Source: Verrucomicrobiota bacterium (GTDB lineage: Bacteria > Verrucomicrobiota > Verrucomicrobiia > Limisphaerales > UBA11358). Taken from it: 64,000 nucleotides of DNA. Positions within the stretch are counted from its first letter, which is position 1; each line of letters opens with the position of its first letter. Below are positions 1 through 8,469 of this stretch, in pieces. The stretch is taken from NCBI GenBank assembly GCA_049523455.1, contig JBEKMW010000006.1, positions 5,731-69,730 of the forward strand, in the 5' to 3' direction. Below the pieces are notes generated by a model that did no database searches, had not been told where the DNA came from, and saw only the letters and a program-made list of their open reading frames with translations. Made by a program: the position numbers and the translations under genes.

Positions 1-364
1 TGGATTTCTGAAAGCACAAGGTGACCGCCGCAGCCACCAGCCAGAGCAGCACCGTGCCCAGCCAGGCGGCGCGGATGGTGCTGCGCAATTGACGTTGGCG
101 GTTGGTCGCCAGCGCGTACGCCGTCTGTTGCGCGAACACACTCTGAAAGGGAATCGTCGGCACGATGTTCACGACCGAGAACAACGTGATGAGGATGCCG
201 TATTCGGAGGCGGGGATTTTTCGGGACAGAAAATGGATGCAGAGCATCAGCGCACCGGCCGTCATGGTGGCCACCATCAGCCAGCCGCTCTGCCGGAAAA
301 ATGCGGCGTGGTGTGCTTCCGCACGGCCCGGCGGCGGATCGGCCTGGATTGGTTCAACGGTCAT
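1..364 (-). CDS. membrane protein, N-terminal part only (Wzx/MOP-type exporter-like?); gene continues beyond window start
   Basis: Not in ORF track (edge-truncated). Own minus-strand translation from ATG 364-362: MTVEPIQADPPPGRAEAHHAAFFRQSGWLMVATMTAGALMLCIHFLSRKIPASEYGILITLFSVVNIVPTIPFQSVFAQQ... The frame is open to position 1 and contains hydrophobic helices. The family call is weak. Confidence 0.4.
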   Translation of the reverse strand, partial: MTVEPIQADPPPGRAEAHHAAFFRQSGWLMVATMTAGALMLCIHFLSRKIPASEYGILITLFSVVNIVPTIPFQSVFAQQTAYALATNRQRQLRSTIRAAWLGTVLLWLVAAAVTLCFQKS

Positions 365-557
365 GGACACGCGCGCAGAGCTTGCCGGATGCGGTTGAAT
401 GAGAAAAGGCATTTTGCGGCCGGAAGGCGGAATTGGGGAAAAAAGGTCTGGAACCAGGGAAGTTCCCGGTTCCCACGCCGGTTTGGTTATCTGCGCGCTC
501 CTTTGCTTGCGGCCCCGCTTCGCAGCCGGTTGCGCGGCTGGTGATGCTGGGTTATTA

Positions 558-1346
558 ATGAGGACTATGAAAAAGTTGATTCCTGTTCTGCTCGGTTTAA
601 GTTGCATTATGACGGCTCATGCGACCATTCAAACCAAGGACGTTGAATACGAACAAGGTGATACGACGCTCGAAGGCTATGTGGCCTACGACGATGCCAC
701 CCGGGGCACGCGCCCGGGCGTGCTCGTGGTACATCAATGGATGGGGCTCACCGATTACGAGAAGAAACGCGCCCAAATGCTCGCGCAACTCGGCTACGTC
801 GCGTTTTGTGCGGACATCTACGGCAAAGGCATCCGGCCCACAAACACGCAGCAGGCCGGCGCGCTGGCCGGTCAATATCGCAACGGTGACCGCCAGTTGT
901 TGCGCGCCCGCGTCAAGGCCGGCCTGGACGCATTGCGGCAACAGCCGCTGGTTGACCCGCGCCGTATCGCCGCCATCGGCTATTGTTTCGGTGGCACGAC
1001 CGTCCTGGAACTGGCGCGCAGCGGCGCAGACCTGAACGGTGTCGTCAGCTTCCACGGCGGCCTCGACGCGCTCAACCCTGACGAAGGCAGGAACATCAAG
1101 TGCAAAGTGCTGGTCTGCCACGGTGCGGACGATCCGTTTTCCTCGCCGCAGAACATCGCCGCGTTCGAAAACCAAATGCGCAGCGGCGGCGTGGACTGGG
1201 AGTTCATCCAATACGGCGGCGCGGTCCATGCCTTCACGCAACGGGACGCCGGCAACGATAATTCCAAAGGGGCAGCCTACAATGAAAAGGCCGATAAACG
1301 TTCCTGGGAGACCATGCAGCAATTCTTCGCCGAGATTTTTAAGTGA
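558..1346 (+). CDS. dienelactone hydrolase family protein, secreted
   Basis: ORF 399..1346. The likely true start is ATG 558 (MRTMKKLIPVLLGLSCIMTAHA, a signal peptide). It has the DLH-type nucleophile elbow GYCFGG, and later CHGADDPF and VHAF. Confidence 0.8.
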   Translation: MRTMKKLIPVLLGLSCIMTAHATIQTKDVEYEQGDTTLEGYVAYDDATRGTRPGVLVVHQWMGLTDYEKKRAQMLAQLGYVAFCADIYGKGIRPTNTQQAGALAGQYRNGDRQLLRARVKAGLDALRQQPLVDPRRIAAIGYCFGGTTVLELARSGADLNGVVSFHGGLDALNPDEGRNIKCKVLVCHGADDPFSSPQNIAAFENQMRSGGVDWEFIQYGGAVHAFTQRDAGNDNSKGAAYNEKADKRSWETMQQFFAEIFK

Positions 1347-1353
1347 CGTGGCT

Positions 1354-1438
1354 GGTCAAATCAGTTAAATGAGTTAAACGAGTTGAATCGTTAAATGGGC
1401 AACGCCATTTGCCATTTAATTTTTTAACTGATTTGGCC
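1354..1438. repeat. nested AT-rich inverted repeat in the DLH-rsmD spacer
   Basis: GGTCAAATCAGTTAA (1354-1368) pairs with TTAACTGATTTGGCC (1424-1438) with one G-U position. There is an inner AAATGG...CCATTT hairpin. The interior is made of GAGTTAAA/GTTAAAT words. Confidence 0.6.
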
Positions 1439-1453
1439 AATCACGAACCACTC

Positions 1454-2026
1454 ATGCGCATCACCGGCGGCAAAGCGGCGCGACGAATTCTCCGGGTCCC
1501 CAAAGGATTCGACGTGCGTCCGACGCCAGATCTGGTCAAGCAGGCGGTTTTCAACAGCCTCGCTTCGCGGATTGTGGGGGCGCGCGTGCTGGAGCTGTTC
1601 GCCGGTTCGGGCGCGCTAAGCCTCGATTGCTTGAGCCGCGGAGCCGTGTCGGCGGTGTGCGTCGAGAAGTCACCCCGTCACGTCGAATACATCCGGGGCA
1701 ACGCGCAATCGGCCGGCCTTGAGCCGAACCTCGAAGTCCGCACGCAAGACGTTTTCACGGTGATTCATCAACTGGCGGAGTCCGGCAGGCAGTTCGACTT
1801 GATTCTGGCCGACCCGCCCTACGGTGAGAAGAACATTGGGCGCCGGTCCACCTCGTTTGCCCAGCGACTGCTCGACAATCCCCATTTGCCCAAGCTGCTG
1901 GCGCCCGGCGGGCGTTTCATTCTGGGCCACACCAAGCGCGATACCCTGGATATCATTGCGCCATGGCGGGAGGCCAAACAGCTCAAGCACGGCGACAGCG
2001 TTATGCGGTTTTTGGCGACCGCGTAG
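1454..2026 (+). CDS. rsmD: 16S rRNA (guanine-N2)-methyltransferase RsmD family
   Basis: ORF 1409..2026. I prefer ATG 1454 (MRITGGKAARR..., a typical RsmD N-terminus). SAM motif LELFAGSGALSLDCLSRGA and catalytic DPPY are present. Confidence 0.8.
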   Translation: MRITGGKAARRILRVPKGFDVRPTPDLVKQAVFNSLASRIVGARVLELFAGSGALSLDCLSRGAVSAVCVEKSPRHVEYIRGNAQSAGLEPNLEVRTQDVFTVIHQLAESGRQFDLILADPPYGEKNIGRRSTSFAQRLLDNPHLPKLLAPGGRFILGHTKRDTLDIIAPWREAKQLKHGDSVMRFLATA

Positions 2027-2044
2027 GACCGGCATCGGTCGGTC

Positions 2045-3229
2045 CTAAGATGACGAAGCTTGCTCGACGGCCTCGCGCAGCGTGCGTTTGAATTTTTCGA
2101 TGCCCTGGTCAAACGCGGCGGCGATCGGCAGCACCGCGACCCTTTTGATTTTGGCCTTGAATTGCTTCAAGTTTTTCTCGGCGACGGCTTCATCCATTTT
2201 GTTGGCCGCGACCAGCCGTGGCTTTTCCAGCAGCGCCGGGTCATAAAGCTCCAGTTCACGCAGCAAATTCTTGTAATCATCCCAGGGCTTGCGGTTATCC
2301 GCGCCGGCCATGTCCAGCAGCAACACGAGTATTTTGCAGCGTTCAATATGGCGCAGGAACGCATGGCCAAGGCCGACATTCCGGTGCGCGCCTTCGATCA
2401 AACCCGGCACGTCGCAAACCGTCAACCGGTGAAAATCGTCGTATTCCAGGATACCGATCTGGGGATGCAGCGTGGTGAACGGGTAGGGCGCAATCTTGGG
2501 GCGCGCCTTGGAAATGGCGGTGAGCAACGTGGATTTGCCGGCATTAGGATACCCCACCAGGCCAGCCTCGGCGATGATGCGCAGCTCCAGAAGAAAATCC
2601 CCCTCCTCGCCAGGTTCGCCGGGTTGCGCGAAACGCGGGGTCTGTCGGGCCGCCGTGGCAAAATTCCGGTTGCCCAACCCGCCGCGACCGCCTTGGCACA
2701 AAACAAACCGCTGGCCGTGCTGCGTGAGGTCGGTAACGAGTTCACCTTTGTGGAACCCACGGGATTCGTCCATGGCGGCTGATGCCGACAAATCAATTTC
2801 CTGCGCCACCACACCGCTGGCACTGCGAATCAAAGGGCGTTGACCGGCGCTGGTAGGCAAGGTTGCGCCTGCCGGGCGCGCCGGCGTCCCGCCCGCTGGT
2901 TTCGCAGACGTCGGCGGGAAGCCAGCGGCGTCAGCCGCCCGCCACACCAGTGTGCCGCAGGGAACCTTGACGATTAAGTCCTTGCCCGCGTGGCCGTCCA
3001 TGCCCTTGCCCATGCCCCCGTGACCGTCCTGGGCAACGAGGCGCGGCTGGTAATACTGCGCGATCAGATTGTTCAGATCGTGGTCGGCCTGAAGGATCAC
3101 ACTGCCGCCCGCGCCGCCGTTGCCGCCGCTCGGGCCGCCTTTGGGACGAAACTTCTCCCGCTGGAAGGCCACACAGCCTTTGCCGCCGTGCCCCGCCCGC
3201 GCGTAGATTTTGATTTCGTCAACGAACAT
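2045..3229 (-). CDS. obg: GTPase Obg/CgtA
   Basis: MFVDEIKIYARAGHGGKGCVAFQREKFRPKGGPSGGNGG (Obg fold), then G domain GYPNAGKSTLL, DVPGLIEGA, ANKMD. It carries a ~65-aa insert in the N-terminal domain (see findings). Confidence 0.95.
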   Translation of the reverse strand: MFVDEIKIYARAGHGGKGCVAFQREKFRPKGGPSGGNGGAGGSVILQADHDLNNLIAQYYQPRLVAQDGHGGMGKGMDGHAGKDLIVKVPCGTLVWRAADAAGFPPTSAKPAGGTPARPAGATLPTSAGQRPLIRSASGVVAQEIDLSASAAMDESRGFHKGELVTDLTQHGQRFVLCQGGRGGLGNRNFATAARQTPRFAQPGEPGEEGDFLLELRIIAEAGLVGYPNAGKSTLLTAISKARPKIAPYPFTTLHPQIGILEYDDFHRLTVCDVPGLIEGAHRNVGLGHAFLRHIERCKILVLLLDMAGADNRKPWDDYKNLLRELELYDPALLEKPRLVAANKMDEAVAEKNLKQFKAKIKRVAVLPIAAAFDQGIEKFKRTLREAVEQASSS

Positions 3230-3252
3230 GCGTTGGTTAAATGGTCAATCTT

Positions 3253-3284
3253 CTCCCTCTCCCCGCTTGGGCGGGGAGAGGGAG
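3253..3284. repeat. perfect 14-bp GC-rich hairpin (CTCCCTCTCCCCGC/GCGGGGAGAGGGAG)
   Basis: CTCCCTCTCCCCGC-TTGG-GCGGGGAGAGGGAG, located between rpmA and obg. A related hairpin lies at 56968-56994. Confidence 0.7.
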
Positions 3285-3291
3285 CCAGGAA

Positions 3292-3322
3292 CAACAAAAA
3301 AGGCGAGGCCCGCGGCCTCGCC
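3292..3322 (-). terminator. intrinsic terminator candidate downstream of rpmA
   Basis: Minus strand reads GGCGAGGCC-GCG-GGCCTCGCC followed by TTTTTTGTTG. It lies 21 nt after the rpmA stop. Confidence 0.6.
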
Positions 3323-3342
3323 CGGAAATTCATTTACGCCGT

Positions 3343-3603
3343 TTAATTCTTTACGGCCGGTTCCGCCTGCACGTTCACCCGCCGGCCTTCCTTGTCGAAC
3401 TTTATCTTGCCGTCCACGAGCGCAAATAGCGTCCAATCCCGGCCGGTGCCGACGTTCCGGCCCGCTTCAAACTTGGTGCCGCGCTGGCGGACGATGATGC
3501 TGCCGGCGGTGACGGATTCGCCGCCGTAGGCTTTTACGCCGAGTCGTTTGCTGGCGCTGTCGCGGCCATTACGGACGCTGCCTTGTCCTTTTTTATGAGC
3601 CAT
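3343..3603 (-). CDS. rpmA: 50S ribosomal protein L27
   Basis: [24 protein letters not shown]... is the canonical L27 N-terminus. Confidence 0.95.
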   Translation of the reverse strand: MAHKKGQGSVRNGRDSASKRLGVKAYGGESVTAGSIIVRQRGTKFEAGRNVGTGRDWTLFALVDGKIKFDKEGRRVNVQAEPAVKN

Positions 3604-3608
3604 AAATT

Positions 3609-3920
3609 CTACGCCTTGATTTCTTTGATCTTTACCACCGTCAACTCCTGGCGATGGCCGATGGATTTGTGGTAACCCTTGCGGCGTTTCATTTTGAACG
3701 TGAGTTTTTTCTCGCCGCGCTTGTGTTCAACCACGTCGGCCACCACCGTGGCGCCGGTTACCGTGGGGGCGCCCACGCTCACTTTGCCGTCCTGGTTGAC
3801 CAGCAAAACGCGGTCAAATGTCACGGGCTGGCCGGCCTCAACCGCCAGCCGCTCGATCTCCACCGTGTCGCCCGCGGCCACACGATACTGTTTGCTGCCT
3901 GTTTCCAACACTGCGTACAT
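3609..3920 (-). CDS. rplU: 50S ribosomal protein L21
   Basis: [18 protein letters not shown]... is canonical L21. It lies 5 nt upstream of rpmA. Confidence 0.95.
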   Translation of the reverse strand: MYAVLETGSKQYRVAAGDTVEIERLAVEAGQPVTFDRVLLVNQDGKVSVGAPTVTGATVVADVVEHKRGEKKLTFKMKRRKGYHKSIGHRQELTVVKIKEIKA

Positions 3921-3942
3921 AGATTTCCCGCAAAAGGGTAGT

Positions 3943-3972
3943 TATATAAACAAAAATGTGTCCGGATGTCAA
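3943..3972 (-). promoter_or_regulatory. sigma-70-type promoter candidate for rplU-rpmA
   Basis: Minus strand: TTGACA (3972-3967), 18-nt spacer, TATATA (3948-3943). This is ~22 nt upstream of the rplU ATG. Confidence 0.4.
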
Positions 3973-4000
3973 CCTGCGAGTTTGAAAAATTGGCCTTTGC

Positions 4001-6190
4001 TTACGTTCTTGCCGCCGGTTTCTTCGCCGCTTTATCCAGGATCGTGGTGAGAATACCAGCGGGCACCTGCTCGAACGTCAACGGTTCCATGGAATACGAC
4101 GCGCGCCCTTTGGACAGCGACCGAATGGCCGTGGCATAGCCAAACATTTCGGCCAGTGGCACTCGCGCGCCTACAATGGTCTGGCCCTGCTTGGCCTCGA
4201 TGTTGACGATGTGGCCGCGCCGCCGCGTGATGTCGCCGATCAGGTCGCCCTGGTACTCGTCGGGCGTGGTGCATTCCACCTTCATGATCGGTTCCAGCAA
4301 AATGGGGCCGGCTTTTTTGAAGGCGTCTTTGAGCGCAAAAATACCGGCCATCTTGAAGGCCAATTCGTTGGAGTCCACTTCGTGGAAGGTGCCGTCCACC
4401 ACCTGCGCCTTGAGGTCAATGACCTGATATCCGGCATAGACGCCGCCTTTGATGGCTTCTTCGATGCCGTCAATGACCGCCGGGATGTATTCCTTGGGAA
4501 TGGCGCCGCCGACGATCTTGTTTTCGATCTCGATGCCTTTGCCCCGTTCGTTGGGCTGAATCTGGATGCAGGCGTGGCCGTACTGGCCGCGGCCGCCGGA
4601 CTGCCGGATGAACTTGCCTTCGCCGTCCGCTGACTTGGTAATGGTTTCGCGGTAGGCGATTTGCGGGGCGCCAGTGTTGGCGTCCACCTTGAACTCGCGC
4701 TTCAGGCGGTCGCAAATGATTTCCAGGTGCAACTCGCCCATGCCGGCAATGATGAGTTGGCCGGTTTCCTGGTTGGTAAAACACCGGAACGTCGGGTCTT
4801 CCTCCGCCAGGCGTTGCAGGCCCTCGGACATCTTGTCGCGGTCGGCGCGCGTCTTGGGCTCCACCGCCATGCTGATGACCGGCTCGGGAAATGTCGGCGG
4901 CTCGAGCGTTACATCGAAGTCCTCGTCGCACAACGTGTCGCCGGTGGTGATGTTGCGCAGCCCGACCAGCGCCGCTATGTCGCCGGCGAATACCCGCTCC
5001 ACGTCCTTGCGTTCGCTGCCCTGAATTATCATCAGGCGGCTGACCCGCTCGCGCCTGCGCGTGCGCGGATTGTAAATCGTATCGCCCTTTTCGAGCTGGC
5101 CCGAATAGACCCGGAAAAACACCAGCTTGCCCGCGTAAGGATCGGTCCACAACTTGAACGCCAGCGAACAAAACTTGTTGGCATCGCTGGTGTCCACCAC
5201 GACTTTGTTGTCCGTGCCCGGTTCGGTGCCTTCAGCCGCGGGCACGTCGAGCGGGCTCGGCAGGTAATCCACCACGGCGTCAATCAGCGGCTGCACGCCT
5301 TTTTTCTTGAAGGCGGAGCCGCACAACACCGGCACCAATTCGATTTTGCAGGTCAGCCGGCGGATGGCGGCTTTGAGTTCCTGGGGCGTCACCGGCTTTT
5401 CTTCCAGCACGAGCTCGGCGATCCGGTCGTCCTTGTTGGAGACGGCATCCACCAGTTCGGCCAGCGCGGCCTTGGCGCGCTCCTGGTGTTCGGCGGGGAT
5501 TGCCTTGACCTCATAATTCAAGCCTTCATTGACCACGTCACCCGGCCCCCAATAGATGGCCTTCTGGTTCACCACGTCAATGACGCCGGCAAAGCGGTCC
5601 TCCGCGCCGATGGGCAGGAAGATGGGGTAGGCATAAGCTTTGAGCTTGTTGCGCATGTCGGCCAGTGCGTTCTCGAAGTTGGCGCCGGTGCGGTCCATCT
5701 TGTTGACGAACGCGATGCGCGGGACTTTGTACTTGGTGGCCTGCCGCCAGACGGTCTCCGACTGCGGCTGAACGCCGGCCACACCGCAAAACACGGCCAC
5801 CGCGCCATCCAACACGCGCATCGAACGCTCCACCTCTGCCGTAAAGTCCACGTGTCCGGGGGTGTCAATGATGTTGATCCGGTGGGGCACGCCCAGATAC
5901 GCCTTGTACAGCTCGTTTTCGCCGTGCTTGGTCTGTTTTTGCGTCCAATAGCACGTCACCGCCGCCGAGGTGATGGTTATCCCGCGTTCGCGCTCCTGTT
6001 CCATCCAGTCCGTCACCGTATTGCCATCGTCCACGTCGCCGATTTTGTGGATGAGGCCGGTGTAAAAGAGAATGCGTTCGGTCGTCGTGGTTTTGCCCGC
6101 GTCAATGTGCGCCGCGATCCCGATATTGCGGGTCCGCTCCAGCGGGTATTCACGTTTGGACGAATTCGCCGATTTTTCGTTGTTGGCCAT
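4001..6190 (-). CDS. fusA: elongation factor G
   Basis: [37 protein letters not shown]; 729 aa; sits downstream of rpsL-rpsG. Confidence 0.95.
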   Translation of the reverse strand: MANNEKSANSSKREYPLERTRNIGIAAHIDAGKTTTTERILFYTGLIHKIGDVDDGNTVTDWMEQERERGITITSAAVTCYWTQKQTKHGENELYKAYLGVPHRINIIDTPGHVDFTAEVERSMRVLDGAVAVFCGVAGVQPQSETVWRQATKYKVPRIAFVNKMDRTGANFENALADMRNKLKAYAYPIFLPIGAEDRFAGVIDVVNQKAIYWGPGDVVNEGLNYEVKAIPAEHQERAKAALAELVDAVSNKDDRIAELVLEEKPVTPQELKAAIRRLTCKIELVPVLCGSAFKKKGVQPLIDAVVDYLPSPLDVPAAEGTEPGTDNKVVVDTSDANKFCSLAFKLWTDPYAGKLVFFRVYSGQLEKGDTIYNPRTRRRERVSRLMIIQGSERKDVERVFAGDIAALVGLRNITTGDTLCDEDFDVTLEPPTFPEPVISMAVEPKTRADRDKMSEGLQRLAEEDPTFRCFTNQETGQLIIAGMGELHLEIICDRLKREFKVDANTGAPQIAYRETITKSADGEGKFIRQSGGRGQYGHACIQIQPNERGKGIEIENKIVGGAIPKEYIPAVIDGIEEAIKGGVYAGYQVIDLKAQVVDGTFHEVDSNELAFKMAGIFALKDAFKKAGPILLEPIMKVECTTPDEYQGDLIGDITRRRGHIVNIEAKQGQTIVGARVPLAEMFGYATAIRSLSKGRASYSMEPLTFEQVPAGILTTILDKAAKKPAART

Positions 6191-6215
6191 TTTAAATCGC
6201 TAAACCGTTTAAGCG

Positions 6216-6253
6216 TTGAAGCGTTGAAGCCATCACGCTTCAACGCTTCAACA
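6216..6253. repeat. perfect 16-bp hairpin built from a duplicated octamer, rpsG-fusA spacer
   Basis: (GTTGAAGC)x2 - CATCAC - (GCTTCAAC)x2. Confidence 0.75.
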
Positions 6254-6268
6254 CGTCAACTTGCTAAA

Positions 6269-6742
6269 TTACCAGCGGAAATGGGCAAACGCCTTGTTCG
6301 CCTGGGCCATCTTGTGGACCTCGTCGCGTTTGCGGATGGCGTTGCCCTGTCCTTGATACGCTTCCAAAATCTCCGTCGCCAGCGCCTGGCGCATCGGCTG
6401 GCCCTTGCGGGCGTCTGCGAAATCCACAATCCAGCGCAGCGCCAGCGCCGCCTGGCGGTCCGACGGCACTTCCAACGGCACTTGATAGGTGGCCCCGCCC
6501 ACGCGCCGGGCTTTGGTCTCGATGCGCGGCTTGGCGTTGTCCACCGCCCGCTGCAATATCTCGACCGGATTGCTGGCCGGGTTCTTCTCGGAAATCTGGT
6601 CGAACGCCTTGTAAACAATTCGTTGCGCCGTGCTTTTCTTGCCGCACAGCATCACCGTGTTGATCAGGCGCGACACCAGGACGCTTTGAAACTTGCCGTC
6701 TTTGGCTATCGTCCGTCGGGAAGCTTGTCGTCTGCGGGACAT
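6269..6742 (-). CDS. rpsG: 30S ribosomal protein S7
   Basis: MSRRRQASRRTIAKDGKFQSVLVSRLIN... and C-terminal ANKAFAHFRW. Confidence 0.95.
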   Translation of the reverse strand: MSRRRQASRRTIAKDGKFQSVLVSRLINTVMLCGKKSTAQRIVYKAFDQISEKNPASNPVEILQRAVDNAKPRIETKARRVGGATYQVPLEVPSDRQAALALRWIVDFADARKGQPMRQALATEILEAYQGQGNAIRKRDEVHKMAQANKAFAHFRW

Positions 6743-6765
6743 GGATTGGTTAAATGAGTTAAATT

Positions 6766-6814
6766 GCGTTAGACTGCGTTAGTAGCGTTGAATAGCGTTG
6801 AATAGCGTTGATAG
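6766..6814. repeat. tandem GCGTTRA-type word repeats, rpsL-rpsG spacer
   Basis: GCGTTAGACT GCGTTAGTA GCGTTGAATA GCGTTGAATA GCGTTGATAG. Confidence 0.7.
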
Positions 6815-6845
6815 AGTTAAATCGGTTAAAGGAGTCAAATCCACG

Positions 6846-7280
6846 TCACGCGGCGGCGGGCGCCGGCGCAGCCGGGGCGGCGGCGGCGGGCGCGGCGGGC
6901 TTGGACCCGGGCTTCGGACGTTTCACGCCATATTTCGAGCGGCTCACGCGGCGTTTCTCCACGCCGGCGGCATCCAGCCGTCCGCGCACGATATGATAGC
7001 GCACACCCGGCAAATCCTTCACGCGGCCGCCACGCACCATCACGATGGAGTGTTCCTGCAGGTTGTGGCCCTCATCCGGGATGTAGGCAATGACTTCGTA
7101 GCCGTTCGTGAGCCGTACTTTGGCCACCTTGCGCATGGCCGAATTGGGCTTCTTGGGCGTGCGCGTCATCACCTGGATGCACACCCCACGACGAAACGGC
7201 GAGCCTTCCAGGGCTGGCGCCTTGGACTTGTACTTTAACTTGCGGCGGCCCTTGCGGACCAGTTGGTTGATCGTCGGCAT
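6846..7280 (-). CDS. rpsL: 30S ribosomal protein S12 with Ala/Pro-rich C-terminal tail
   Basis: [14 protein letters not shown]...[18 protein letters not shown]...SKYGVKRPK, followed by an extra [21 protein letters not shown]. Confidence 0.95.
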   Translation of the reverse strand: MPTINQLVRKGRRKLKYKSKAPALEGSPFRRGVCIQVMTRTPKKPNSAMRKVAKVRLTNGYEVIAYIPDEGHNLQEHSIVMVRGGRVKDLPGVRYHIVRGRLDAAGVEKRRVSRSKYGVKRPKPGSKPAAPAAAAPAAPAPAAA

Positions 7281-7303
7281 TTCGTCTTAAAAATGGAGCG
7301 CCA

Positions 7304-7331
7304 AATATACCAAAAAAATCCTCCGTTGCAA
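7304..7331 (-). promoter_or_regulatory. sigma-70-type promoter candidate for the rpsL operon
   Basis: Minus strand: TTGCAA (7331-7326), 16-nt spacer, TATATT (7309-7304). This is ~24 nt upstream of the rpsL ATG. Confidence 0.35.
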
Positions 7332-7388
7332 CAAGTATTTTAAACCATTGATATTGGACGTTTTTGAGCGCTCTGGCACACTGTCCGC

Positions 7389-8441
7389 ATGGCATCAATC
7401 GTCAGAGTGGCTGTCCTCGGCGTCGGTTCCCTCGGCAAAGAACACGCACGCATTTACGCCGAACTCGCCAAGGCCGGCCAGGTCGAATTGGCCGGCATTT
7501 TCGACACCAATCCCGATACCGCGCGCCGGGTGGCCGCTCCATACAAAGCGCGGGTTTTTGATTCCCTCGCCCAAGCCGCCGCCGCCAGCGACGCACTGAG
7601 CGTGGTCACCCCCACCGTCACGCATTACGAACTGGCCAAGCAGTTGTTGGCCCAGGGCAAGCACGTCCTCGTGGAAAAACCGATGACCGACAACGCCGCG
7701 CAGGCTGCCGAGCTCGTGCAACTCGCCCAGCAAAACCACTGCGTTCTGCAAGTTGGCCACGTCGAACGCTTCAATCCGGTGTTCAAATACCTCGAAACCG
7801 CCGCGCCCAACCCGCGCTTTATCGAATGCCTCCGGCTCTCCCCCTTCCCCGCCCGCTCCACTGATATCGGCGTCGTGCTGGATCTGATGATTCACGATCT
7901 TGATGTCGTGCTCGCCTTCGTGAAATCGCCCGTAACCCACGTGGATGCCGTGGGTATTCCGGTGTTGAGTCAAAGCGAGGATATTGCCAACGCGCGGTTG
8001 CGGTTCGCCAACGGCTGCGTGGCCAACCTCACCGTCAGCCGCGTCACCACCAAAAAAATGCGCGAAATCCGCGTATTTAGCGGCGGCGCGATCCAATCAA
8101 GTGGTCACCAGCCGAGTGCGACGGCGAGTTACGTCTCCCTCGATTACCGCGCGCAAGAAGGTTACATCTACCGCATCGCGCGCGACGATGAAGCGGAGAG
8201 CTCGTTGTTGAAGAAAATTTTTGCCGCCAAGGATTCGGCCGTGGTGGGCGAATTTGCCGGCAAACGTGTCGTGCGCGAGCCCGTGCCCATTGCGAAGGAG
8301 GAGCCACTCAAACTCGAACTGCAGGATTTTGTGAAGTGCGTCCGCGAGCGGCACGCGCCGGTGGTCAGCGGCGAGTCCGCCAAACGCGCGCTGGATCTGG
8401 CGTTTGAAATTACGAGACAAATACAAAATCAAACAATTTAA
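7389..8441 (+). CDS. Gfo/Idh/MocA family oxidoreductase
   Basis: N-terminal Rossmann motif VAVLGVGSLGKEHARIY and EKP motif HVLVEKPM; 350 aa. Confidence 0.85.
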   Translation: MASIVRVAVLGVGSLGKEHARIYAELAKAGQVELAGIFDTNPDTARRVAAPYKARVFDSLAQAAAASDALSVVTPTVTHYELAKQLLAQGKHVLVEKPMTDNAAQAAELVQLAQQNHCVLQVGHVERFNPVFKYLETAAPNPRFIECLRLSPFPARSTDIGVVLDLMIHDLDVVLAFVKSPVTHVDAVGIPVLSQSEDIANARLRFANGCVANLTVSRVTTKKMREIRVFSGGAIQSSGHQPSATASYVSLDYRAQEGYIYRIARDDEAESSLLKKIFAAKDSAVVGEFAGKRVVREPVPIAKEEPLKLELQDFVKCVRERHAPVVSGESAKRALDLAFEITRQIQNQTI

Positions 8442-8469
8442 CGCAACGGCGGAAAAGCAGCAGGGTTGA

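Noticed and set aside
4661-6757. 698-aa plus-strand ORF covering fusA and part of rpsG
   Set aside because: It is antisense to two unambiguous ribosomal/translation genes. Its composition is Arg/Ala/Gly/His-rich and low-complexity, typical of stop-free mirror frames in GC-rich DNA. It has no recognisable motif.
6766-6814. Possible CRISPR-like array (also 10355-10390 and 42561-42609)
   Set aside because: The repeat units are only 8-11 nt, are contiguous or nearly so, and have no unique spacers of CRISPR size. No cas genes are in the window.
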